Assembly (NCBI GenBank): GCA_049242025.1
Contig: JBMLPQ010000092.1
Location: 1 to 53,441, forward strand
Length of the DNA: 53,441 nucleotides
Direction: 5' to 3'
From: Sediminibacterium sp.
Lineage (GTDB): Bacteria > Bacteroidota > Bacteroidia > Chitinophagales > Chitinophagaceae
Below the pieces are notes generated by a model. It was given only the letters and a program-made list of their open reading frames with translations, was not told where the DNA came from and did no database searches. The translations under genes and the position numbers were made by a program. Of the stretch, positions 37,415-48,000 are shown in pieces. Position 1 is the stretch's first letter; each line of letters begins with the position of its first letter.

Positions 37415-38428
37415 TTAATCTTGATTAGGTTTTACCAATCCTAATTTAGCTTCTAAGCTTAAGGTAGCATGTGGTACTGCACGCAACCTTGCTTTGTCAA
37501 TTAAACGGCCGGTAACTCTACAGATACCATAGGTCTTATTTTCAATACGCATGATTGCTTTTTCTAGATGATCAATATAAGTGATTTGACGACTAGCCAT
37601 TTGACTTAATTGCTCTTTTTCCATGCTCATTGTTCCATCTTCCATGGTCATGTAACGCGCATCGTCATTATCTCCGCCCATTTCGTCTTTACGAGTAATT
37701 AAACCCTGTAAATACGCTAACTCTTTTTTAGCGGCTTCTAACTTTTTATTAATCAGCTCTCTAAACTCTGCAAGATCGGTATCATTGTATTTAACCAATG
37801 GACCCTGAGGTTTAGGTGCTTCTACTCTTTTTTCTAATGGGGTATAGCCTGGGCTATAGGTAACACTCGATTTGGTATTGATCTTAGGTACTTTCACGTC
37901 TTTTATAGGACCTGGCACTTTTTTTACTGGTTTTACAGGAGGTGCAGGTGGAGCTTTAACCACTGGCTTTGCGGGAGCAGCTGGTTTTGCAGGCACTGGT
38001 GCTGGTGCAACAGGCTTTGCAGCAACAGGCGGTGCTTTCACTACAGGCTTGGCAGGAGTTGGAGCAGGCTTTGCGGCTGGTTTAGCAGGTGCTTTGGCAA
38101 CTGGCTTTGCTGGAGTAACAGGTTTTGCAGGAGCTTTGGCCGCTGGCTTAGCAGGTGCTTTTGCAGCTGGCTTTGCAGGCGCTTTTGCAGCCGGCTTTGC
38201 AGCAGGTTTAGCAGGCGCTTTTGCAACAGGCTTTGCGGGTGCTTTTGCAGCAGGTTTTGCTGGTGCTTTTGCAACAGGCTTTGCTGGCGCTTTTGCAGCT
38301 GGTTTTGCTGCAGCTTTTGCGGCAGGCTTAGCTGGTGCCTTCACAGCAGGTTTTGCTGCAGCTTTGGCTGGAGCCGCCTTTACAGCTTTTTTGGGAGTTG
38401 CTTTGGGGGCTGGTTTTTTTGTAGCCAT
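37415..38428 (-). CDS. TraR/DksA family protein with long N-terminal Pro/Ala/Lys repeat tail
   Basis: C-terminal coiled coil and RIENKTYGICRVTG..I...RL.AVPHATLS; about 170 aa of AKAPAKP repeats. Confidence 0.9.
   Translation of the reverse strand: MATKKPAPKATPKKAVKAAPAKAAAKPAVKAPAKPAAKAAAKPAAKAPAKPVAKAPAKPAAKAPAKPVAKAPAKPAAKPAAKAPAKPAAKAPAKPAAKAPAKPVTPAKPVAKAPAKPAAKPAPTPAKPVVKAPPVAAKPVAPAPVPAKPAAPAKPVVKAPPAPPVKPVKKVPGPIKDVKVPKINTKSSVTYSPGYTPLEKRVEAPKPQGPLVKYNDTDLAEFRELINKKLEAAKKELAYLQGLITRKDEMGGDNDDARYMTMEDGTMSMEKEQLSQMASRQITYIDHLEKAIMRIENKTYGICRVTGRLIDKARLRAVPHATLSLEAKLGLVKPNQD
37930..38420 (-). repeat. low-complexity coding repeat (KPAAKAPA / KPVAKAPA, mostly 24-bp units)
   Basis: Recurring GCTTTTGCAGCWGGYTTTGC-like units on the + strand, with synonymous variation. 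Confidence 0.85.
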
Positions 38429-38433
38429 AGGTC

Positions 38434-41400
38434 TTATCCTTTTTTGTTTACAACCACGGTTAATGCAATGTCATTTACTTCTATTGGTGTTCCAGATACA
38501 AGACCTGGCACCCATTCAATGGCATCTGCCAATATTTCGCGGCAAATATAGTCGTTAAATTTAACAATAGAAGGCATCAAGGGGGTGCCTTCGGGTAACT
38601 CTACGAATATACGGTCTGTTAAATCAAATCCTGATTCTTTTCTAATATTTTGTACACGATTCACGAATTCTCTTGCGTCCCCCTCCTGTTTTAACGCTTC
38701 GGAAAGGGTAATATCTAATGCAATGGTCAATTTTCCCTTTGAAGCCACACTCCATCCAGGTATATCTTCAGCAGTTATTTCTACATCTACCAACTCAATC
38801 ATAAATTGACCAGTAGAAAGAGAAAGCTCAATTGAACCAGCACCCTCTAATGAAGCAATTTGTTCTTGAGAAAACCCTGCAATAACCGAGGCAGCTTCCT
38901 TCATAGAAGCACCCAATTTAGCACCCAATGTTTTGAAGTTGGCTTTTATTTTTTTACTAATAATGCCCTGTGTTGCAGTGATATATTCCATCTCTTTCAC
39001 ATTCACTTCGGCTTTTATTAAAGCTTCCATTTTTTCTAGTTGCTCTTTCATTTGAATATCAAGCACAGGAATCATCACTTTTTGTAAAGGCTGACGAACT
39101 TTGATATTTACTTTCTTACGCAATGACAATACCAATGAACAGGTTTCTTGTGCCAATTGCATGCGTTCCTCCAATAAAGGATCTACCATAGATTCATCGT
39201 ATACAGGATAATCAGCATGATGAACCGAAGCAACATCAAAGCGACTGGTAACTGCATTCAGATTTGCAAAAACCGCATCACTAAAGAATGGAGAAATAGG
39301 GGCAATTAAACGAACGACTGTTTCTAAACATTCGTACAAAGTTTGGTACGCACTAATCTTATCAGTTTCGTATTCACCTTTCCAAAAACGTCTTCTACAT
39401 AAGCGAACATACCAATTGCTCAATTGAGCATCTACAAATGTTTCAACAGCACGACCTGCCAAAGTTGGCTCAAAGTCGTTCATGTAGTTGGTCACTTGTT
39501 TAATTAAGGTATTTAAAGAAGATAAAATCCATCGATCTATTTCTGGTCTTTGTTCTAGAGGGATTGGAGCCTCCTTGTAAGCAAAGCCATCTACATTAGC
39601 ATAGAGGGTAAAGAATTGGTAAGTGTTATATAAGGTACCAAAAAATTTGCGCTGTACTTCTTGAATACCTGCCATATCAAACTTCAGGTTATCCCATGGA
39701 GAGGCGTTGGTAATTAAATACCATCTGGTTGCATCTGCACCATATTGTTCAATGGTTTCAAATGGATTCACCACATTACCGAGGCGCTTACTCATTTTAT
39801 TTCCATTCTTGTCTAATACCAATCCATTGCTCACCACCGCTTTATAGGCAACACTATCAAATAGCATAACGCCCAATGCATGGAGGGTATAAAACCAACC
39901 GCGAGTTTGATCCACCCCTTCTGCAATAAAATCAGCAGGAAAAGCTTCCCCTTTATCAATTAATTCTTTGTTCTCGAATGGATAATGCCATTGAGCATAA
40001 GGCATGGCTCCACTATCAAACCATACATCTATCAAATCGGGAACACGGGTCATTGGTTTACCTGATGCGCTCACTAAAATGATATCATCTACAAAAGGCT
40101 TGTGTAAATCTAAAATGCCACCGTGTAAATAATTTTTATTGATCTCTCCACCCAACACTTCATTGGCTTTGAGAATACCCTCATTTAATTCGGCAATGGA
40201 GCCAATACAAACTTCTTCAGCCCCATCTTCTGTTCTCCAAACTGGTAAAGGCGTTCCCCAATAACGGCTTCTGCTCAAATTCCAGTCTACCATATTTTCT
40301 AACCAGTTTCCGAAACGGCCTTCGCCGGTAGATTTGGGTTTCCAGTTGATGGTTTTGTTGAGTTCTACCATTCTATCTTTAACTGCAGTGGTTTTAATAA
40401 ACCAAGCATCTAAGGGATAGTATAAAATGGGCTTATCAGTTCTCCAACAATGCGGATAACTATGTTCGTATTTTTCTACTTTAAATGCACGATTGGCTTT
40501 TTTCAAATGCACACAGATATCTACGTTAACATCTTCATAAGCCGGATCGTCTTTATAATTTTTTACAAATCGATTGCTAAAAGGACCTAATCCATCCACA
40601 AATTTTCCTTCACGATCAACCATAGTAAGAATACCAATATTGAATTTCTTACCTACTTTGTAGTCATCCGCGCCAAATGCAGGTGCGGTATGAACGATAC
40701 CTGTACCGTCTTCAGTGGTAACAAAGTCTCCACTAATTACACGAAATGGTTTTGCGTCTGGTGTGATTGCCAAAATTGCTTCTAAAGAATTGGATGCATA
40801 AGGCAATAATTGCTCATACTCCATTCCCTCTATTTCAGAACCTTTAAAATTGGCTAGAATAGTCCAAGGCAATAACTTGGTTTTCTCATTAAATTCTTCA
40901 AAAGAAGCATTCTCCCCCTCTGGCTTGAAATACTTACCCAGTAAGGCTTTGGCTAAAATAACATTCACTGGTAAAAAAGTGTATGGGTTAAATGTTTTAA
41001 CCAATACATAGTCAATATTAGGTCCTACAGTTAAGCCTAAGTTAGAAGGCAGGGTCCATGGCGTGGTAGTCCAAGCCATAAAGAAAACTTCCTTGCTAAT
41101 AAGTACATTTTGATCAACCCCGTTAAACCATTTGCTATTATCTAAAGATGCTTGCGTGGCTTTAAACATAGCAACAGCAGAAGTATCTTTTACGTCTTTA
41201 TATGTACCTGGCTGATTTAGTTCATGGGAACTCAATCCTGTTCCAGCAGCAGGAGAATAGGGTTGAATGCTAACACTCTCGTATAAGAATCCTTTTTTGT
41301 AAAGCGTACTTAAAATCCACCAAAGCGATTCAATATAATTATTCTCAAAAGTTACGTAAGGCTTTTCTAAATCTACCCAATAACCCATTTTAGTGGTAAT

Positions 41401-41805
41401 ATCATCCCACTCTTTTTTATAGCGTAATACCGCTTCACGACACTTCTGGTTATAATCTTCAATGGAGATTTTTTTTCCAATATCTTCTTTGGTAATGCCC
41501 AATTCTTTCTCTACGCCTAATTCTACTGGCAAACCATGGGTATCCCAACCACCTTTTCTTTTTACTTGAAATCCTTGCATGGTTTTATAACGGCATACCA
41601 TGTCTTTCAATGTTCTTGAAATAACGTGGTGAATACCTGGCATACCATTGGCACTTGGAGGTCCTTCAAAAAACACAAAAGGCTTTTTGCCTTCTCGTAA
41701 ATCAATACTTTTTTCAAAAGCAGATTCAGCCTTCCACTTGGCCAATATTTCTTGCTCTATAGCTGGTAAGTTTAACCCCGAAAACTCTGCATACTTTGCG
41801 CTCAT
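38434..41805 (-). CDS. ileS: isoleucyl-tRNA synthetase (type 2)
   Basis: EGPPSANG.PGIHH, GWDTHGLP, WTTTPWTLP, GTGIVH.AP, DQTRGWF, KMSKR. Confidence 0.97.
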   Translation of the reverse strand: MSAKYAEFSGLNLPAIEQEILAKWKAESAFEKSIDLREGKKPFVFFEGPPSANGMPGIHHVISRTLKDMVCRYKTMQGFQVKRKGGWDTHGLPVELGVEKELGITKEDIGKKISIEDYNQKCREAVLRYKKEWDDITTKMGYWVDLEKPYVTFENNYIESLWWILSTLYKKGFLYESVSIQPYSPAAGTGLSSHELNQPGTYKDVKDTSAVAMFKATQASLDNSKWFNGVDQNVLISKEVFFMAWTTTPWTLPSNLGLTVGPNIDYVLVKTFNPYTFLPVNVILAKALLGKYFKPEGENASFEEFNEKTKLLPWTILANFKGSEIEGMEYEQLLPYASNSLEAILAITPDAKPFRVISGDFVTTEDGTGIVHTAPAFGADDYKVGKKFNIGILTMVDREGKFVDGLGPFSNRFVKNYKDDPAYEDVNVDICVHLKKANRAFKVEKYEHSYPHCWRTDKPILYYPLDAWFIKTTAVKDRMVELNKTINWKPKSTGEGRFGNWLENMVDWNLSRSRYWGTPLPVWRTEDGAEEVCIGSIAELNEGILKANEVLGGEINKNYLHGGILDLHKPFVDDIILVSASGKPMTRVPDLIDVWFDSGAMPYAQWHYPFENKELIDKGEAFPADFIAEGVDQTRGWFYTLHALGVMLFDSVAYKAVVSNGLVLDKNGNKMSKRLGNVVNPFETIEQYGADATRWYLITNASPWDNLKFDMAGIQEVQRKFFGTLYNTYQFFTLYANVDGFAYKEAPIPLEQRPEIDRWILSSLNTLIKQVTNYMNDFEPTLAGRAVETFVDAQLSNWYVRLCRRRFWKGEYETDKISAYQTLYECLETVVRLIAPISPFFSDAVFANLNAVTSRFDVASVHHADYPVYDESMVDPLLEERMQLAQETCSLVLSLRKKVNIKVRQPLQKVMIPVLDIQMKEQLEKMEALIKAEVNVKEMEYITATQGIISKKIKANFKTLGAKLGASMKEAASVIAGFSQEQIASLEGAGSIELSLSTGQFMIELVDVEITAEDIPGWSVASKGKLTIALDITLSEALKQEGDAREFVNRVQNIRKESGFDLTDRIFVELPEGTPLMPSIVKFNDYICREILADAIEWVPGLVSGTPIEVNDIALTVVVNKKG

Positions 41806-41916
41806 GATATTCTGCGGATAGCTTGTTAAAAAATTCGTGCAAAGGTACGGATACTAACACGAATAAAAATTGATGTTGCTGGCTTTCATAATGGGTATCT
41901 ATGGGTATATTTGAGT

Positions 41917-42909
41917 ATGAAAACGGTGTTCTTTAGTGCGCAGCCTTACGACAAGGCTTTTTTTACCCAATTTAACAAACAGAATCACGAATTAGTATTT
42001 ATTGATATACCACTGAGTGAACAAACAGCTGATTTGGCCGCAGGGGCAGAAGCAGTTTGTGTTTTTGTAAACGATAAAGTAACTGCAGCAGTTATTCAAA
42101 AGCTGGCTGCTGGCAATACCAAGATCATTGCACTTCGCTGTGCTGGATTCAATAATGTTGACTTAGAAGCGGCAAAAGCCGCCGGCATAAACGTTTGCAG
42201 GGTGCCAGCATATTCACCTGAAGCTGTGGCCGAACATGCAGTTGCAATGTTGCTAACACTTAATAGAAAAACCCATAAGGCGTACAATAGAGTACGTGAG
42301 CAAAATTTTTCTTTGCAAGGATTATTGGGTTTTAATTTGCATGGGAAAACAGTGGGAGTAATAGGAACAGGTAATATTGGAAAAGCTTTCTGTAAAATCA
42401 TGTTGGGCTTTGGCTGTAAAGTGGTTGCCTTTGATTTAATCGCAAATAAAGAACTAGAAGCTGATGGGGTAGTTTATCACCCTTTAATTGAAGTACTAAA
42501 GTCAGATATTATTTCTCTACATTGCCCATTGAATGAGCAAACCAAACATTTAATCAACAAAGACACGATTGCCTTAATGAAACCCGGGGTTGTATTGATT
42601 AATACCAGTAGAGGCGGCTTAGTAAACACCCGTGATGCAATCAAAGCCCTTAAGTCTGGCCTAATTAGTGCTTTAGGAATTGATGTTTATGAACAAGAAG
42701 AGAAGTTGTTTTTCAGAAATTTATCCGAAGACATCATCCAAGACGACGAAATTCAACGACTGATGAGCTTCCCCAATGTTTTGATCACTGCGCATCAAGC
42801 ATTCTTTACACAAGAAGCCATGGAGCAAATTGCTACAACAACGTTAAATAATATACAGCTCTTATCTGAAAATGCTAAATTGAACCCTCAGGCTGCATTA
42901 TTGGTGTAA
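41917..42909 (+). CDS. ldhA: NAD-dependent D-lactate/2-hydroxyacid dehydrogenase
   Basis: LRCAGFNNVD, VPAYSP.AVAEH, GTGNIG, INTSRG, DVYEQE, TAHQAFFT; ATG 41917 preferred. Confidence 0.9.
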   Translation: MKTVFFSAQPYDKAFFTQFNKQNHELVFIDIPLSEQTADLAAGAEAVCVFVNDKVTAAVIQKLAAGNTKIIALRCAGFNNVDLEAAKAAGINVCRVPAYSPEAVAEHAVAMLLTLNRKTHKAYNRVREQNFSLQGLLGFNLHGKTVGVIGTGNIGKAFCKIMLGFGCKVVAFDLIANKELEADGVVYHPLIEVLKSDIISLHCPLNEQTKHLINKDTIALMKPGVVLINTSRGGLVNTRDAIKALKSGLISALGIDVYEQEEKLFFRNLSEDIIQDDEIQRLMSFPNVLITAHQAFFTQEAMEQIATTTLNNIQLLSENAKLNPQAALLV

Positions 42910-42926
42910 ATTTTATCTTTATTTTA

Positions 42927-44009
42927 ATGAAAAGGATACTGTTTTCTTTATGGTTATTGGCAACAGCTGTAATAACTCTGGTTGGATGCTCCAAAGAGTT
43001 TAGTACAGAAGGACCTGGCTTTGGGGGCACTGCTACTGGTACTTTATTGGACAGTTCGGGCAATTGCAAACAAATTGTAATAAAGGGCCAATACAAAGAA
43101 ATGCAAGCTTTAACCGACAGCAATTATGTTTTAGTATCTGCAAACTATATTAGCCAGGGCAAGTATGCAATTTTTACTGATACGGTAAATGGTATGTGGT
43201 TCAGAGATTCAGGATTTGCATTCATCCAAGGCGCCAATACTATCAAACTAAAAGGTTATGGCCAAGCTATTTTGCCAGGTACTTTTACCTTTCAAGTAAA
43301 TTTTGGGAACAGTACTTGTACATTCAATATCACTACAACAGGAAGCGTAAATAATGGATCTCGTACCAACGATTATTTACCCATTACCCCAAATGGATAT
43401 ATTGATTATGAATTGAACCCTGCATTCCCAAATACGGCTGGGGGATTTATTCCACAATTTAGGTCTACTATTTCGAGTGGATTACTTTCTCGAACATATT
43501 TAGGCGTACCCCAGAATTATACCCGCTATTCAACCAATACCAATGACCAACTTTTACTAAGAAAAGATGGAACAGGGAAGTATTATCAATATGGAACTCC
43601 AGAATTTGATTACCTATACATTTATGATAGCATTGTAGATAACAAAAGAATAGAATTTATTTACTTGGATGAAAGTAAAAATCCAGGTCAATTTTATGAA
43701 ACAGATAGTTTGTATGTTGGCGTAGACATCAATGGTACCCTACAATATGGCTGGGCTAAACTTCGAATTACAACCATTTCAAAAGGCAGACAAATGTCTT
43801 TGTTGGGAACACTGTTCACAGATATTATTACTGTACGAAGAGATTTGTATTTAAAACTAGACGGCTCACCCAACTACATACCATTAAACTTACAATCTGA
43901 ACATTCTTATGCAAAAGGAATCGGTTTAGTGGATCAACGGGTTTTTGAATCTACTGCAACAGGAACAACTATACAGTCCATTACCATCAAAGGCTGGAAC
44001 GGATTATAA
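42927..44009 (+). CDS. hypothetical lipoprotein
   Basis: LVGC lipobox followed by SKE; beta-rich; C-terminal YAKGIGLV. Confidence 0.75.
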   Translation: MKRILFSLWLLATAVITLVGCSKEFSTEGPGFGGTATGTLLDSSGNCKQIVIKGQYKEMQALTDSNYVLVSANYISQGKYAIFTDTVNGMWFRDSGFAFIQGANTIKLKGYGQAILPGTFTFQVNFGNSTCTFNITTTGSVNNGSRTNDYLPITPNGYIDYELNPAFPNTAGGFIPQFRSTISSGLLSRTYLGVPQNYTRYSTNTNDQLLLRKDGTGKYYQYGTPEFDYLYIYDSIVDNKRIEFIYLDESKNPGQFYETDSLYVGVDINGTLQYGWAKLRITTISKGRQMSLLGTLFTDIITVRRDLYLKLDGSPNYIPLNLQSEHSYAKGIGLVDQRVFESTATGTTIQSITIKGWNGL

Positions 44010-44017
44010 TTGTTCCA

Positions 44018-44941
44018 TTATTTAAGTAATTCGCAAGGCTTCAAGCCAGTATGCTTTTTAAAAGCTGCTGAAAAATGTGAGATTGAAGAATACCCTAGTA
44101 AGGCAGAAACATCTGTAACGCTCAAGCTTTTCTCGTATAACAGATATTTTGCGTGTTCCATTCTTTGCTGTTGATAAAAATCAAAAATGGTGGTCCCAAA
44201 AACTTCTTTAAATCCTTTTTTTAAGTAGCATTCATTCATCGCCACTTTTCTACTTAATTCCTTAATGGTAATTGGATCTCCAATATGTTGTAATAAAATA
44301 TCTCTAGCTTGATAAATCCTTTCCTTTCCGCTGTCATCGGCCAAAAACTTACAAGCAAATCCATCTTCTTTTTCGTGTACTAAACAATCCATGCTATATA
44401 AAAGCAATTCATGCACTTTAGCATTGACGTAAATATTTTCCATTGAACCAGAGTAACTATGGTTCAATAAGGCATCAAGAACATTTCGATTTCTAATGCA
44501 AAGTGGAAATAATTTGGTGAACGCATTGGGATGCTTAAAAGCCAATACTTCGTCTTTTCGATTAGCCAACTTAACATTGTGAACAAACTGCTTTAAAAAA
44601 CTAGCTGTAAAGTGAAAAGTGAATACATCTAGCGTTTGGTTCTTACCACTACAGTTCATGGTAGGTAATTCTGTGCACAATGAACAACTGCGTTCAGCAC
44701 AATACTTATTACCCGTAATACAAAAGCGAAGCTCTAAATAATTTTCTTTAGGTTTTTTTTCATTGTAATGATAAACCATCATTCCGCTATCATCAGCCAC
44801 CCAAGGATGTTGGGCATAATACCTACGAATGGTGTATTGGATAGAGCCTGGAATATGCTGTTCTTTTTTATACAGCAAATCCATACTGGTATCTACTTTA
44901 CCCTTTTGAGCTTGCTTTAATATGTCTAATACAGCGTTCAT
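44018..44941 (-). CDS. AraC-family regulator with Cys-rich N-terminal domain
   Basis: TIKELSRKVAMNECYLKKGFKEVFG, GYSSISHFSAAFKK. Confidence 0.9.
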   Translation of the reverse strand: MNAVLDILKQAQKGKVDTSMDLLYKKEQHIPGSIQYTIRRYYAQHPWVADDSGMMVYHYNEKKPKENYLELRFCITGNKYCAERSCSLCTELPTMNCSGKNQTLDVFTFHFTASFLKQFVHNVKLANRKDEVLAFKHPNAFTKLFPLCIRNRNVLDALLNHSYSGSMENIYVNAKVHELLLYSMDCLVHEKEDGFACKFLADDSGKERIYQARDILLQHIGDPITIKELSRKVAMNECYLKKGFKEVFGTTIFDFYQQQRMEHAKYLLYEKSLSVTDVSALLGYSSISHFSAAFKKHTGLKPCELLK

Positions 44942-45043
44942 GCACCTGCAAAATTAATGTATAAACATCTATTTGGCAAATCTGGCCTAAATTTAACAAA
45001 TAGGATGAAAACACTTGAAGTGAATAAACTAATCGCTCATACA

Positions 45044-48000
45044 CTATTCGGAATAAGGCAATTCAACAATAATTGTAGTACCGATATTAGGTTCACTTTC
45101 AATATCAATATTTCCATGCATAGATTCAACTTGGGTTTTGGTAATAAATAAACCTAATCCTTTTGCGTCTTTATTGCCATGAAACGTCTTATACAAGCCA
45201 AATACTTTACTACCGTATTTTTTCAAATCTAGTCCTCTACCATTGTCACGAATAACCAATTTTGAATAGCCTTTTATTCTTTCAAACGTGATATGAATTT
45301 CAGGTGGAGTATCCGGTTTTCTATATTTTATTGAATTGGTAAGAATGTTCAGTAAGATGCTATCTAAATAAGCTGGATTTGCCTGAATTAAATCATTTTC
45401 ATCAAAATCTTGGTGAATGGTTGTATTTGTTTCAGATATGGTTAGGCCCAAACTTTTCTCGGCCAATTGAACAGCGGATGAAAGTGAAAGGGGCTTTATC
45501 TGAATATCGTCAGTTGTTTGAATGGTAATGATATCATTTAGGTGAATCAGTGTTTCATCTAAGGAATTAGCTACTGAATTTACCATGTCGCAAAATTCCA
45601 ATTTTTCTTCATTTGTAGCTGAATTTGCAAGCGACATAATTCCTTTTAAATTGGCCACATGAGACCTGAAATTGTGGGAAAGAATATGGGTAAACTGAAT
45701 GAGTCTGTTTTTTTGATGCAAATTAATGTTCAGCAAAGATTGTAATTCTTCTTGTTTTTTTATCAATGGGGTAATTTCATGCCCCAAACATAAAATCTCG
45801 TTTGGATTTCCTTGGTCATCTTTTAAGACTTTGAACTCCCACTGACTCACAATAATGCCCGATGGGCTAGGTTTGCGAAGTGTTGTCCAAAATGTTTTAT
45901 CTGGCTCTGACAAGCATTTTTCTACCGTTTGTATACAAGCGCCATGATCTTCTGGAATAATCAACGAGAAAGAAGATTTTCCAATCAAATCTTCGAATTG
46001 CACGCCAAACATATCAGAAAAATATTGATTGAAATAAGTATAATTTCCAGCCAAATCTGTTTTGATTACATAGAAAGAATTATTCTCAATAATAGACTTA
46101 TTGTATAAACTCTCTTTCTCAATTAATTTTTCTTTTGCTTCAAGTGAGATATATAAATTCTTCAGATTAGTAACATCTACAAAAGTAATCACCACCCCAT
46201 CTACCTTCTTGTCAATTGTTATAAAAGGACTAACTCTTCTAATATAATAATGATCAAAGTCATCTTTAAATTCATCCTCAATAGTGCCTATTTCCACTAA
46301 TGCTAAACTTGCATCCTTAATCATTTTCAATCTAACTTCCTCTTTAAAATTACCTGCAAAATTTGAAATGGAACGACCAATATCTTGCTCATTTAATGCA
46401 AAATGCTTTTGCAATGAGGGCGTAAACTTTCTGATCTTTAGTTCGGAATCTAAAAACAAAGTACCTACATCTGTACTGTCAAATAAATTGTTGACATCAT
46501 TATACAATAAATAAGTTCCCTGTTCTTGTCTTGTAGTTCAAAATTGACCGTATACAACTCTTCATTTACAGATTGTAATTCTTCATTCGTGCTTTGCAAC
46601 TCTTCATTAGAAGCCATTAATTCTTCATTGGAAGCTTGCAATTCTTCGTTACTTGTTTCTAATTCCTCTACAACATATTGAAGTTGATTTTTATTTTGTA
46701 TCAATGTCTTCTCTAGTTCTTTGATCTTTAATTCATTCAACTCTGAAACCTGAACTTTTGAAAATTCAATTTCCTTTTCAATTTCAATAACAGTGTCTTC
46801 AAAATGAATGAGATAAGTATCTTTAAAACCATCTGCTTCATTCACTTTCTGCAAATACAAATTAAAAGATAGTGGAGATTGGTCTTTAAACACCAAATTA
46901 TCTTTAATTAAAATGGCTTTATCAGACTCTTGTATTTCGCTTACCATGGTTTGTAATAAGACTCCCAAACCTTCCCCCAACATTTTCAAAAGATTACTTT
47001 GAAACATTCCTTCAGGAAACTTTAGATACTTCCCAGCATCTCCTTTGATGTATAAAATATTAAACCCTTTATCAAAAAAAATACAAGATGGACTATATTT
47101 TTTAGTTAAAAACTTTAGATACTCTAAATCAGCATTTGCTTTAATATTTTCCGTTGTCTTATTAATGAATTCTTTAGGAGATTTGGTCAATAATTCTTTG
47201 GTTAATAAAGAAGGGGATTCAAAATTTGGCGTATGCTTAGACTTGGAAACATTTTTAAAAATTCTCCATCGCTGACTAATTGCTTTGAATTCATCCGCTG
47301 ATTCATTGATAGACTCACTGGATCCTAAAAACAAATAACCATCGCGTTGAAGTGAAAACAAAAAATTAGACAAGACTTTCTGTTGAGAGGACGCGTTCAA
47401 GTAGATCAGTAGATTTCTGCATGAGACCAAATCCATTCGAATAAATGGCGTGTCTTTTAAAATATTATGGTTTGAAAAAACGATTTTATCCCTTACCCTT
47501 TTGATGATTTGTATACTATCTACGTTTTTAATAAAATAAGTGTCTAAATACTTCTTATCAATTTCAGATGCTACACCAACATTAAATTTACCTGCGCTTG
47601 CAGCTTGCAAAGCATATTGATCAACGTCTGTTGCAAAAATTTTAAAATCGTTTCTTAGCTGGTTTTCCTGAATAAACTCATCCAATAAAATAGCGATAGA
47701 ATAAGCTTCTTCTCCTGTTGAACAAGCTACTACCCAAACTCGTATGGTTTCTGTGGGAAGCTTATTGGCAAAAAGAGCCGGTATCACTGTGCCTTTCAGT
47801 TCATCAAAAGCATCCCTATCCCTAAAAAAACTAGTGACACCAATTAAAAAATCTTGTTTTAACAACTCTACTTCAGTTATACTGGCTTTTAACAACTGAT
47901 AATAATTGAGCAATGCATCAATATTGTTCAAACTCATGCGCTTCTCAATTCTTCTAATTAAAGTGTTCTTTTTATACTGTTTAAAATCAATCCCAGCATA

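Noticed and set aside
37872-38558. 228-aa Gly/Ala/Phe-rich + strand ORF, and the 77-aa alternative-frame ORF at 38041-38274
   Set aside because: These are shadows of the PAK repeat codons of the dksA-like gene, which lack stops in other frames.
46505-46525. Programmed -1 ribosomal frameshift in the cheBR-kinase
   Set aside because: There is no in-frame slippery heptamer or obvious downstream stimulator, so an indel is more parsimonious.
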